Shown: in pieces, positions 1 through 11,705 of the stretch
How the letters are laid out: every line of letters begins with the position of its first letter
Position numbering within the stretch: position 1 is the first letter of the stretch
From: Balanoglossus misakiensis
Lineage: Eukaryota > Animalia > Hemichordata
Direction: 5' to 3'
Assembly (NCBI GenBank): GCA_040954595.2
Contig: CM082588.2
Span: forward strand, 434,001-498,000
Length of the DNA stretch: 64,000 nucleotides
Notes under the pieces: generated by a model
Database searches by the model: none
Told to the model about the DNA's origin: nothing
What the model saw: the letters and a program-made list of their open reading frames with translations, nothing else
Program-made: the position numbers and the translations under genes

Positions 1-254
1 TAGATTTCTTACAGTTTAGTGTGAAGGGTGTGGTCTTGTTTGGATGTGAGACCAGAACAAGCATGGGGAAATAGAAGATGTGATATTTTATCAATTATGC
101 GGGATAGTTTAAGACAAAACTTAGCATGCAACTTTACATCACACACCATACATGCACATTTCCACAAATCAGTGACAAGTCAAAAGCATTGTCACTTCAT
201 GCAGATTTCCAGTGAAAATCAATCATGTGTTGTAATACAGGTGGCTTTACAAGC

Positions 255-720
255 CATGTATGGGTGTACTTTGTGAATGGATGAACTGACAGCTGTGTTT
301 TGGTGTGTCTATTTCAATGTGTGTGGATGGGTGGGTAGCCAGTATATTTGATGGTTGGTTGGCTGAAGATACACGTAGACGAGTGTACATGTACTTGGTT
401 GACAGGTCAAGATAGGAGATCACAGGGAGTAGGTGTAAGTTGATCAATGATGATGGTCATGAGTGCAGCTAGGTATATGGGTAGTTGATGGATCATGGGT
501 CCTGGGTGCAGCCTGGTGAACTTGATCTTGATGATTGGTGAACATGTAGTTGGATGTAGCTGTTGGACCATGGGTAACAAGTGCAGCTACATGTAGGTGT
601 AGTTGAGATGGATGATGTGTGAAGTTGGATGTAGCTAGTTGATGGATGAGGGGGTCAAGGGTATGGGTGGGTTGTTGGGTGTCAATGGGTGGATGGATTG
701 GTGTGTCCAATAGCTAGGTG
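255..720. repeat. Degenerate G/T-rich low-complexity tract (GATGG, GGTGG, GTAGTTG motifs) in an ADGB intron
   Basis: Strong strand skew with recurring short motifs such as atgtagttggatgtagct and gtgcagcta. Confidence 0.55.
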
Positions 721-1711
721 ACATGTACATGTATATTCTACTTTAATGACCTGAGAGTGACTGCTCACCCTGGAGATTTTATTGGTGTGGCCTCACACAT
801 CTTTTAACGTTTCACCCTTTTGTATCAGACATCATACAAACAGTTTTTCTACAATAATACTACACCATGTATTGCTCTGACCAGATAAATTTGCAGTCTA
901 GTTTTACTACAGCATGTTCAGCAAGATTATCTGATAATCTACACCCTATTATTATTAGCTGATAATTATACTGCGCTATATCTCTACAGCGTGTTGATAT
1001 AAGATGATACTTTGCCCACCTTAGCTTTTGGAGATTAGTTGATAATGGGTGAAACTCTGAATTCAAGCAGAGTATGGTACAAACAAAACCGAAGCAAGAG
1101 GCTTATTCCCATGGACGCAGTCACCAATACATTTTTTGTTTGTACCATTATCACATGACTGATGTCTACAGTAGAGTCAGTGTGCAAGGTCTTTTTCGAG
1201 GGAAGGCTGACTTTAAAGGCATTTACAAGCTCTACAAGTAATTACCCTGGCTTCTGTTTAGAAGAAATTGATAAGAGCCGATAAGTCTACTGCGCTACTT
1301 GTTGAGTGTGTTTTCATGGCAGTATGCGTATTACATGTGTTTTGCAAAGCGTGCTGGCTTTTGTAGGGTGTCAGGATGTGTGGTGCTGAGTATAATGTTG
1401 TCATTCCACAATGACTTTAAGATTTGGTGAAGTTTTTCTGACAGGACAGTTAGACTCTTTACTGTTACTGTAACAACACACAACAGAACACTTAACAGTA
1501 CAGTCTTTCACATGCAGTAGTCTTTGGGGGAAAAACAACACACAGTGCATGCATTGCATGATGGGAAGGGACAGTGAAGACAGAAAGCACCTACACACAT
1601 CCCCCACCCTTCCCAAAATTAACCACTGGTTACTACGGCAACACATCACAGCAATTTAGTCATTTTAATCTGATATTATAAGTTTCGTCTCCACTGCTGG
1701 AGTTGGCTTAC

Positions 1712-1804
1712 TTTTGTCCTTGTCTTTATCTTTGTCTTTTTTGTCTTTCTTCTCATCTTTGTGATCTTTTTCTTTGGCTGGCTTCTCCGCTTTTTCCGAT
1801 TTTT
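1712..1804 (-). CDS. ADGB: ADGB exon 8 (K/D/E-rich linker)
   Basis: ctcctttgacag acceptor; KSEKAEKPAKEKDHKDEKKDKKDKDKDKDK; A|gtaagc donor. Confidence 0.85.
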
Positions 1805-4800
1805 CTGTCAAAGGAGAAATAACTATCATCATGAATTCAAGTAACAAAACCATTAGAAGTGTACAAATATCAACATACAGTCTGCAAACGTAAACATTTT
1901 AATGTACCAAATGAGGACAAAAATTGAGCAGATCCAAAAGTAACAGCACCACATAAAACTTGCCTTTTTCCTTGTCTTTCGTATCTTTTGCAGCTTTGTC
2001 ATCCTTCTTACCATCTTTACTCATCTCCTCTGTCTTACTGCCATCTTTCTTCACAGTGTCCAGGTCTGGAGCTTTTTGCTCCTCATGTTCTGGTAATTTG
2101 AATTCAGGCAGTAGTTTTTTCACAAGGTCCCATACCTGGTTGATGTGGCCGTACCTGTAATCAGCAAAGATATCTCTCAGTTTGATCTTCATTTATGTCG
2201 ATGCATGCTTGTCTTTCTCTTGAAAACTAATTTTAATTTAACTGATACTGCATGCCTACTACATGTATTTTCACTTAACTGGTATGAAAATTCACATAAA
2301 GTAATGGTTGAGGAAAATATTCTCTGATATCATTTGGCAAAGTTCTCCTAGTGCTATACATTCTAATCTGCTATACATCTATACTTTGCAATGTACTCTT
2401 TACTCTGCTATACATTCTATACTAGTCTATACTTGCCCTTGACTATTCTGACTATTCTGTCTATCTGTGTCCATGTTAGCCTTTATAAGTAGTTTCCTGT
2501 ATACTTCCCTTTCTGTAATGGAACTACATGTATACACAGAAATGCTGAGTACCTGTCTGAAGTGAATAATCTAAGTTATTTACTGGGAGCTAACTTGTCT
2601 GTAATCACAAAGCAAGTGATTTCATCTTTCAACTTCAGATGCACTGCCCATCCACCAACAGAATCCACAACAAGCAGTCTCACAAGTTATGTAAAGAGTT
2701 TCAAACTTGTTGTGATCTGTTTCACTTGTTTGGTCAGACCATGATGAAAATCAGATGTTATATTTCATCCTTCATCCAACTCCAGCAATATCTCTGTGTC
2801 TGAAGTGGAATGTACTTACTGTAGTGGTATTGTTTCTGGCAACCAGCCACTCAGACAGTGTATAACAGTCACATCTCCAAATTCACAGTTATTGCTTCCT
2901 CCATTATAACTGTAAAAAAAGGGAATGAACATTACAATTCATTCTGTACTGAACTGTTGGACTGTTTCATGTCAATATCGCATAAGCTGTCAGCAATACC
3001 GAAACCATTCAAAATACTTGAACTTTTTTCCTACTTTTCACTTCGTATTCACATTCAGTGGCTTGTTGTAATGCTCAAAACCATTTATTCGACACAGGCA
3101 GCTGACGACAGTGAAATTATTGCCTAGCAGTTGCTCTAGTGTTGTGTGAAATATTTGAGATCACAGAACGAAGTGGCAAGACTCACTCTAATGATGCTAC
3201 TTTGATGAGTGCTTTGGTGAGAAGCATTGGCCACAATTCCTGTTGCAATGTGGTGGCTGGAAGCAGCATCTTCTCATTGTCATCAAATGGAATGGTGTCA
3301 TCCACAACAATCTTACGCCATACTCCCTGTGAAGAAAGGAAAATGTGTGAATGTCTCAGAAGATTGAGCAGAAACACTGTTGAAACTGTTCCATGAAAGA
3401 AGAAATGATTACTTTATAACACCTGGAAAAACTTAATTCTGTCATGATGTATTAGAATGATACAATTTACAACACAACGCAATGCAACGCAAGACAAGAC
3501 AAGACAAGACAATACAACACAAGACAACACAAGACAACACAACACAAGACAACACAACACGAGACAACACAACACAACACAACACAACACAACACAATTA
3601 AAATACAATCCAATCCAATACTTACCATCCAATATAGTTTAACCACATATTTTCCATGTGGATTGTACGAGGGGACATGAGGTCCTTTTCCAACTTTAGT
3701 CATAGAAAAGATCTGTTCCCATGGTTTCCATGTGTGGTTGGTGGGTATAGAGAGTCCGGCACTGGCAGCAATGTCTTGGTCTGTTGTCATAGTAATGCGC
3801 CATAGTGTTGTGATTTGGCTGATTACCCATCTTATCAACTGAAACGGGGAAAAATGGCAGAGATAAAATATGCAAATACAAGGTTCACGATTATCTGCTG
3901 GGCCAGGCTAGTTTACGCAAAGTACGAGATTTTCAGAAACAATATCTAAATACGATATTGAGGTGTGATGCCACTTTCACACATAGTAGGGGTTTATCTG
4001 AAATACTAACCTCACTGTCATGGATGTGTTCATTGACGGCCATCAGATCAAAGTCTGTCACATTATCTTCAAAGACTACTGGGGGTTTATCTAAAATAAA
4101 ATCCTGAGGTCTCTTCCAATGATCCACTCTTCCTTTCAACGAGGGCGGCATTTCGATCTTCCCTTCAGGATCATCAAAGAAATGCTGCTGTAAACAAGAA
4201 AACACACAGGGATTATTATTTGAAATAACATCCATTTCTCAGCAGAGTTATATCTGTTCAAGATTTGGCTTGCAGTTGTTGATGTTGTTGTTGGCATTTT
4301 AAGATGTATGCATCATGTTGGTGGTTGCTTCGAGTTCCAGGAAAGCAGTCAAGTAAATGTTATTTTTCCTAGACTTTTCCATGGGTATCTGTTACTTTGT
4401 CGCTGATTTGCCGAGAGATAATTTTATCTTTCCATGACTGGTCTACTACAGGAGGCTGATCTTTGAAGCATTTGCTTAAAGTAATAGACCATGACTGAAC
4501 TCACCAGGTTTGGACTTTTCCCTTTGTCTTTTTCCTTTCCTTTGTGTGGAGCATCCCATTTCTCTTGATTGATATCCTGTTCTGTGAATTCCGGCCATAT
4601 CACTGGTTTATGTCTCTTGGCTTCTCCTGTTGAACCGATAACACTGGCAGCTATGGACGCAGCTCTGTAGACAACAAAACAGAGAAAACATCCTCAGATT
4701 GACTCTAAACTTGGCTGTCATACTAATAATAGATAGTAGAGAACTGGAGATCTCACTTTATGATGTATTGACTCCAAACACATTCCTACTGACAGAAGTG

Positions 4801-7800
4801 ATCACAGTTTCTCAGTGTCAGTTGCATTTCAAATAATTCACTACTTAATTCCTTTGATCACACACCAATGGCAAACACAAATTGACAACTTTATTGAAGT
4901 ACACTTTCTCAATCACCTTTGATTGAAATCACTTTAGGCATTTCTGATTAAACTGCACACCGCACAAACACAAATGGCCATTAGTACACATAAAAACTGT
5001 GACACCTGTTAAGGGGACTAAAACTCCTAAATTCCTCCAGTACAGAGTAAACAAAAGGCAATCGATTACCCTAATTAGTATTGATCAGTGATGAACTCAT
5101 TACTGTTCTAAATTTCACCAGAAATCAATTCACATTAGGGTCAACAGAAATGTAATACATGAACTTATGTATATTTATAGAATGCAATTCAAGTCAGGAT
5201 AACGTAGGAAAAAAAATTCACTATCAAAAGTACATGATGATTTCATGAGTGGTATGGTTATCAATATGTTCTCCTACAAGTTCACGAAAATTACAAAAAC
5301 CTGCTAGTACAGTAGCAGTATGTATTGTTCAGAATATCAATTCTGTAAATCCACTGCTGGTGACAAAAACTTGAAGAAACACTAATGGTCTTGCACACTA
5401 CAGCTGCAGCGTTTAAAATAAAGCGAAAGTTATCAGAATTCTATAGGACTATATAATTCTCCTAACAAACAAACTTGTATCCAGTAACTTCTCCACTTAT
5501 AGTCTTACCTCATAAACATAAGACTACTCCGCCTGCCACTAGAAGCTCTCTCTGGAGTGGATGCACGATCTTGCAAAATCTTTTTCATTTTTCCGAGACA
5601 ATCACCAGATGTGCGTGCCAAAAACCCGACACAGAACCCTACGCCCAGAAAAATGTTGCTATCAACAGACTTTGCTATCACACAAATTCTTGTAAGTAAT
5701 TTCAATCAATATTAAGACATTCCTACTTTCATTTAAGGGATACTAAACCATTCCTATATAATGTTTATTTCTTGTTCTTTTTACAATTTAAATAGGATAT
5801 ATTAGGACAGAAATAACATCAACATTACTTCTTCTCATAAAGTATAATGACAGAAAATAACCTTGATGATAAAAATATATTGTTATGTTTAATACAATTT
5901 TCTGAGTCTACCCTACTTGAAATGGTAGCATCTGTTAGCACAAGGGATTAAGAAAGCCAACGTTGACCAATTGTGAGGCTCAACCAATCAATAACTGTGG
6001 TACACAGCTACGACTGAAACCATAGAGTGTTGAATTACAGACAAGGAGAAATAATCGATCTAGACAAAGCCAATGAGAAGTCACTTATTGTTAACATCTG
6101 ACACAATCGCGTTACAATAAAAGTTTTCCTCTAGGGACTCATTATGGTACACTAAGGTTTCATTCATAGCTTTGGTGTGAAGGGAAGATTAGGGGATCAC
6201 ATCAATCACTTTTAACAATTTTCCAGAACTTTATTTTAGTTTCTTGTGCTTTATGTTGTTGTGTTCACTGAAATATGCTCCATGATTGGGTTGTCTCACA
6301 ACTCAACTATGTTTCTAGTATGTACAGTGTATGTTATGTGTATCTACAGGATTTTCATGTTTCTTGCAATGCCCAGAGTCCAGTTTGATCTCCATATAGA
6401 GAAATGGGGGTGTTCACACAGCCCCTTTTAACAATGATTTTCAAAAACAGACAACAGGCTTTCGGTGTCTTTCTCATTGATGACAATTTTTTTCAGAATT
6501 TTAAATTATACACATGCAAATCTCACATTCACCAGTGACCCCGTAGTGCAAGTCCCTGATTGGATGTCTCCACCAATGACCAGACACAGGTGCATATTCT
6601 GTGGGCTTTCCATTGATATTTATGAATATTCATTCATTCAAATCAACACCAGTGGTATTCTTGTTCAGTAGTGGTCAGTCTCATGTACAAAATTTGTGTA
6701 TCAATGCATACACACCAGATGTATGAATAATTTGTTTAGATTCATGCCTTCGGAGGTGGCCAAGTCACAGACAAGAGTGTCTTTCGTTCAGGTCAGTCAT
6801 GTTATTCAGGTCTCTACTTGCTGTCAGGACTTTGCCAGGGAAAGACCCATTTCCCTTTCCTCTTTTCACTTTCATTTACTGCCCTTGAAGCTGTCACTAC
6901 CTGAGGTAAGACATTTGTCCATGAACTCCATCTTGTCTTCAAGTCCAGTAGAAATGTCATAGAGTATGGGTGTATACAACTAGAAGGCTAAACCACTCCA
7001 TTTCAATTGCATGGCATTGGACAATACTTGCCCTTGCATAGCTGAACTGAAAATACATGTACACTGAATATAGCTGTTATGACTATTTCATTTGTGTCAC
7101 TTTATTGCTGTATTTGGCAATTGGATTTTACCTTGTTTATGCAGTACTTTTGCTTATTTGGAACTGTGTGTACCTCTTGTATAACAAATGATGTAGTGAT
7201 AGATGCTACATGGCAGAGTGTCATAAAGTGCCATTTAAATTACTGCACACAAGTGTAAAGCGTGTATTATTAGGGGCCGAAGCCTTGAAAGCTACACATC
7301 ATCATGAAATGAACATACGGGATTGTTTGTAAGTCGTGGGCTACGAATGGCCGCTTACTATTAACTTAATTAGATTCGATTAATGAAACTAAATAACTCT
7401 ATTTCCTCGCCATTGCTACTTTACTTTTTAATCAATCACAGCACCGCAGAGTGCACTGTCCGAAGTTGACAGGTAGTGTTTAATTTAAATATGAAGACAC
7501 ATGACGACAGTATTAAAAGACAAGCCCGTGGTTGGCTTCAGGCGGATTCACACTGTAACTCTATAGTCCGGCTAAACTACTGCTGCAACAAACGATATAC
7601 CCATTACACGTGCATACACAAGAAAGCGAAAATGCGATCGGGTACAAACACGGTGTCAAAACAATCAGATCACTCAACCGGTCACAACGACAGCCATCTT
7701 GGATGTCCAAAATAAACAAACTAGTCAAGCACTTACTCTTGTTTTGAAGCTGAACTAACTCTGTTTGATGAATCTTTCTTTTTAGCCTGTTTTGATGCCA

Positions 7801-7801
7801 T
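1712..7801 (-). CDS. ADGB: Androglobin, 5' portion (canonical exons 1-8, calpain-like N-terminal region); continues past the left window edge
   Basis: Spliced translation MASKQAKKKD...IWPEFTEQDINQEKWD...HFFDDPEGKIEMPPSLK...WKPWEQIFS...GKYVVKLYWMGVWRKIVVDDTIPFD...ELWPMLLTKALIK...VIHCLSGWLPE...VWDLVKKLLPEFKL matches vertebrate ADGB as I recall it (MASKQTKKKE...WPEWSEADINSEKWD...HFFEDPEGKIELPPSLK...GKYVVKLYWMGCWRKITIDDFLPFD). All intron phases are consistent. Confidence 0.95.
1964..2154 (-). CDS. ADGB: ADGB exon 7 (ends in a GC donor)
   Basis: attacag acceptor; YGHINQVWDLVKKLLPEFKLPE...KDKEK; AAG|gcaagt donor in phase 1, matching exon 8. Confidence 0.88.
2820..2909 (-). CDS. ADGB: ADGB exon 6
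   Basis: ttttttacag acceptor; YNGGSNNCEFGDVTVIHCLSGWLPETIPL; CA|gtaagt donor; phases 2/2 fit both neighbours. Confidence 0.93.
3187..3326 (-). CDS. ADGB: ADGB exon 5
   Basis: cttcacag acceptor; GVWRKIVVDDTIPFD...ELWPMLLTKALIKVASL (calpain-family WxxxxVDDxxP and ELWxxLLxKA motifs); GA|gtgagt donor. Confidence 0.95.
3468..3598. repeat. Compound pentanucleotide microsatellite (ACACA/AGACA)n in ADGB intron 4
   Basis: Visible 5-nt periodicity; it explains the spurious VLCC and TQHN ORFs. Confidence 0.92.
3626..3838 (-). CDS. ADGB: ADGB exon 4
   Basis: gtttcag acceptor; 71 codons LIRWVISQI...WKPWEQIFS...GKYVVKLYWM; ATG|gtaagt donor. Confidence 0.95.
4011..4187 (-). CDS. ADGB: ADGB exon 3
   Basis: tttacag|CAG acceptor (NAGNAG); QHFFDDPEGKIEMPPSLKGRVDHWKRPQDF...NEHIHDSE; GAG|gttagt donor. 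Confidence 0.93.
4505..4664 (-). CDS. ADGB: ADGB exon 2 (first constant exon; phase-2 acceptor)
   Basis: gttttgttgtctacag acceptor; 1 nt + 53 codons (AASIAASVIGSTGEAKRHKPVIWPEFTEQDINQEKWDAPHKGKEKDKGKSPNL); CTG|gtgagt donor. Confidence 0.95.
5509..5588 (-). CDS. Putative alternative ADGB first exon V1 (MKKILQDRASTPERASSGRRSSLMFM-R), inside canonical intron 1
   Basis: aaaATG start; 26 codons + 2 nt; AG|gtaaga donor in phase 2. Confidence 0.6.
7737..7801 (-). CDS. ADGB: ADGB canonical exon 1 (MASKQAKKKDSSNRVSSASKQ-E), phase-2 donor
   Basis: aaaATGG start; 65 nt = 21 codons + 2 nt; GA|gtaagt donor; N-terminus matches the vertebrate ADGB start MASKQ-KKK. Confidence 0.92.
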
Positions 7802-7899
7802 TTTTGACGCCAAACACGACTTTCTTTGGCGTCAATTTTCGTCCGATTTTGATCGGCGTAGCTCAATTTCTTTTGCTATAGCGTCTGGTACTAAGGGTG

Positions 7900-7947
7900 G
7901 TTGCCATGAACACAGGTCACGCTAACAATAGTGCAACGCATGCGCAC
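7900..7947. promoter_or_regulatory. ADGB canonical promoter: imperfect RFX X-box (GTTGCCATGAACAC) and NRF1-like GCATGCGCA
   Basis: Motifs lie 100-145 nt upstream of the canonical ATG. ADGB is a known ciliary gene regulated by FOXJ1/RFX in mammals. Confidence 0.5.
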
Positions 7948-9235
7948 TGACCCCATCCCACTTTCTCTATAATTTTCATGTATTTCGGGTATTTCGATGA
8001 AATGCATTCTTACAGTGCCATAGTTAAGAACCTCAACAGTTTTTTACAATTACGAGATATCTTGGCGACACATTTGTTTATAATATATGAAAATGCGAAC
8101 GCCATATTTGAAGCGCGCCCTCAAGGCACTTTAAAATTTGCAACTGTCGTTTTCAGTGGTTTTATTTTGGTAGACCACCAGGTACAACTCGTTCTCCCAA
8201 TGTAGACATGAACCTGGGAGTTTCATTCCAGACATTCTTTCAGAAGTTAAAAGCTCCCCAGGGCAGAGAGGTCATGAAAAGACGCATCTCCACTGAGTGA
8301 ACAAAACAACGAGTATTTTGAGATTGGCGTCACTAAGAAATGTTATAAGTAATATTATCATGACAAATTTAATTGCTGTTTGATGTCTCCATGTCAATGA
8401 GATATTGGCTCATTTTGTCGCCAACTTTTGTCGACTTCACCTATCATCATTACGTAATTCACGATTGAAGCATATGACAAGGCAGCTTTCTTGAGACAAA
8501 TTACGTCACTTGTTTGTAATTCTTTTGTCTTTCTAGAGTCGGATACCAAGAAGAAACAAACTTAGATATTGCAAATAAACACTGGGCTTATTAATTATTC
8601 GTCCCTTGAGCCTGTTGAGCCCAGACAACTTTTAGTATTGACACGATAGCCTTCGATAAAATAAAGTTGTTTTAGTCTGTAGTGTTCTTGTAATCAGGGT
8701 ACCGTTACTAAGCAACTGTAAAACATATCAACAACTGAGCTGAACAGTGGACAAAATGGCAATGTAAACTTGGGTTCAGAGTTGTATCAATCGGCGCAAT
8801 TATGTTCTACATCAATCATGGCGCCATTTTAAGGTAATTGTTCAAGGCAGAATAAGGGAAACCAGTCATTTGCCAAAGATAATGACAGACAATGCTTTTG
8901 CCCTCCGGCTTTGAGTTTACAGAGTGAACAGTTAGCATCAATTGAGTGAAAATGGACAATGCAAACTTATTGGAGAAGGCGGTTCAAGACCGCAGGCAGT
9001 AGAGCCACTGGTTTTTGGATTGAGTTTCAAAATGAAGCTTATGGATTGAAAATAACTGTGGAACCATAGGCCCTGGGGTCTATGGTGGAACTGTTTGTTG
9101 AGGGATTTACTGACGATATTGGCCTTTTAAAAAAATCTGGCTGTGGTTGTGTATGGATACGGTTTGAAACCAGTTTGGAAACAGATTTAAACTGTCGTAT
9201 ACAACACGATATCGTTATCATGGTGATGAGCTCAC

Positions 9236-9753
9236 CTGTCCCGCCAATAGTCGACATCGATACCCGATGGAACAATCATACGTCTGACATCATCGCCCAG
9301 TGGTGCAGACATTTTACGACCTGCATTCAAAACCGATTCGTCCATTCCTGGCAATGATGCTAATTTATCACCAGTGGGACTTGGAAACGCCGATGCTCGT
9401 CTCCCACCTCCCGTCCTTGTCATCTCGCTACCAGACAAATTAATGCTACTGGTCTTCTTGTCCCCGGCACCGCCACCACCACTGCGGCGGTCACCCCGAT
9501 TTCTACTCCTTTTCCCGGTCGTTGGAAGCAGATTGAGTTCCGGCACATTGTCTTCTTCTTCAACTTTGTCTTCCATATTAACGTTCACGGGAACTTCTAA
9601 TTTCCGTCCCAAGAGTTTCGAAGCTCGTTCGTACACCTCTTCAAGAGGGATCGGCAGTGTCGGATAAACGATTTCCCGATTGTACGTGGACATTTTCTCG
9701 GTTTGCCGATCCTTGTCCGGGTCAGGGGACACTCGGTCTCGTTTGGACGTCAT
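9236..9753 (-). CDS. Putative alternative ADGB first exon V2 (172 codons, MTSKRDRVSPDPDK...GIDVDYWRD-R)
   Basis: Longest ORF in the window, locally GC-rich and protein-like; 518 nt = 172 codons + 2 nt; CAG|gtgagc donor in phase 2. Confidence 0.72.
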
Positions 9754-9983
9754 CTCGCTTCGACAGACAAAATTCCGAGAGACTAGGTCAATCCATAAGT
9801 GTAATTTACGACCAAACGCGTAATAATGAAGCGCCCAGAATAGATTTCTTGTAGTGTTGATGACCACGAGATCAAAGTTTGTCTCCTCCGGTGGAACTTT
9901 TCGCCCGGGACGGTCACGATATCACCACTCGAAGTTACACAAAATCAAATCACGGTGACAAAATATAATGATAACGAAGTTAC

Positions 9984-10030
9984 CCTTTGCTTGGTGCGAA
10001 CATGTTTACTATTTGAACTCCACTGATCAT
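9984..10030 (-). CDS. Weak candidate alternative first exon (MISGVQIVNMFAPSK-G)
   Basis: Phase-2 GG|gtaact donor at the end of a 99-codon open frame. The first ATG is late and the donor is weaker. Confidence 0.28.
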
Positions 10031-11430
10031 GATCGGTTGGTGTGTACGTCTGTCAATCACTCCATTCTCTTCAGGTGAACCCAAATATTCGATTAAAACG
10101 CGGAGTGTAGGTAGATCGGTACGTAGCGATCTGGTCACTCTGGTAGGAATTTTAATGCAGCGCAAATGTGGTCCATATAAAGAATCCCAAACACAAATTC
10201 CCGTCGGAAATCGTGATACACGAACAAACAAGAAGTGTACTTGATACACGAACAAACACGGTGTCCACTCGGTTAGCAACGAAGCGTTGCGTGGCTAAAA
10301 TGCCATCAGGAAGAGGGCGCTTTGGTGATAATCCTTTTCACCTGGTGGAGATATGCGTTGCGTTTCAGAGTGCTTCGTGCACAACCACCTGATAGTCAGT
10401 AGCTGAAGTAGCTAGGCTCCCTGTAGTTTTGTTTGCGGTCGGATACGCTTTGATGTCTCAATCGATTGATACGACAGCGATGGGCTGCTGCAAGGTTTTT
10501 GTAAATCTAATAGTTATTTGAGTATTTTGTTTACCTAACGGTTTACAAACCTTTTCTTTTTACTTGTGGAGAAAATCACGGTGAATACAGGCAATGGACA
10601 ATGAAGCTTTCAAGGCAGTGGAAACATAAATTTGCCTAACACTGAGACCTACGCCGGTTGCAACGTCGTGTTAATGGCTGAAAAAATTCAGAGTAAGTCC
10701 TTTAGATTCATCCATCCAGACAGGTCACTGACCATTAGCTAAAACAATTGAATATTTACTTTGTTTGAGTGTTAATCTATTACGGCAACATGTATACGCT
10801 AAAGATTAAAATTATCTATATTTTTGAATGGCAAAACTGATTAGGTAATCTTAGAATCCCATTTGTGATTTAACCGTTATCTTTGGATAACTGTCTGTTT
10901 TTAGTCATGGTCCTATCCTAACGGAGTGCCATTTTTCCGCGCTTCAATTGTGAGTCGAGTAATCACGGCATTTCCTTGTCATAGATATCTGAGCATCTGT
11001 AGTATAAAACCATTCGTGGATCAATATTAAATCGTTACGTGATATCGATTCACAATTCTATCCCCTTTCCCGTCGTAGAAACCGTGATAGGCGCCATCTG
11101 CGGTAGATTCTATAATTCTGTCTCAACCAGGTGAAGTTTCAGTAAACACAATCTGTCTCACACTTGTTACAGGCTATAATGTTAGGGATTCTATGTAGAT
11201 CGCCTAGGAAGTACATAGACATTCATGGCATACAGGAGCTCGTCTGAGTAAACATTGTCCCCTTAATTCGATTTATAAAGGACTTGTTCCTCTTTTAGTC
11301 TTTCATTAAGCTTATCACAAAATATTAATGGTTGGAGAGTCTGCTATGTTTTGATAACCTCAGGGAGAGTTCAATTAATTCTAAAGGTGAGGGCCGAGAG
11401 TTTCTTCAGGTTATTATATACCCTACTTAC

Positions 11431-11705
11431 CCTCTGTGTCTAACGACTGGCAATTGCACGTGTTGAGATGAAGAACCCTGGTGCACATGTACTGCCGGGG
11501 AAGTTGGTGGTGGTTTTGACGAGACCATACCAGGAGGTCTTTTCGTCTGATCTCGTAAGTCAGACTGTGACACAGTCCAACTGACGGACAGAGTTTGCAT
11601 CCTCGCAGTGTCTGGCAGTGGTGGGCTGCCATCGCCTGCACCAGACGACGAGCCAGAGGCACTGCTTTCTGGCGGCGTGGCTGGTTCGATACTTATACGG
11701 TGCAT
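11431..11705 (-). CDS. Putative alternative ADGB first exon V3 (MHRISIEPATPPESS...VVRHR-G)
   Basis: aaaATG is the first ATG after an in-frame stop; 91 codons + 2 nt; S/P-rich; AGG|gtaagt donor in phase 2. Confidence 0.68.

Noticed and set aside
444-710. His/Pro/Thr-rich minus-strand ORF
   Set aside because: Product of a G/T-skewed low-complexity intronic tract, with no splice support or ADGB similarity.
3414-3642. Cys/Val/Leu-rich and Thr/Gln/His/Asn-rich ORFs
   Set aside because: Translation artefacts of the pentanucleotide microsatellite.
6815-6960. Minus-strand ATG ORF MTFLLDLKTRWSS...SPDSK in canonical intron 1
   Set aside because: No convincing phase-2 donor (gtagag).
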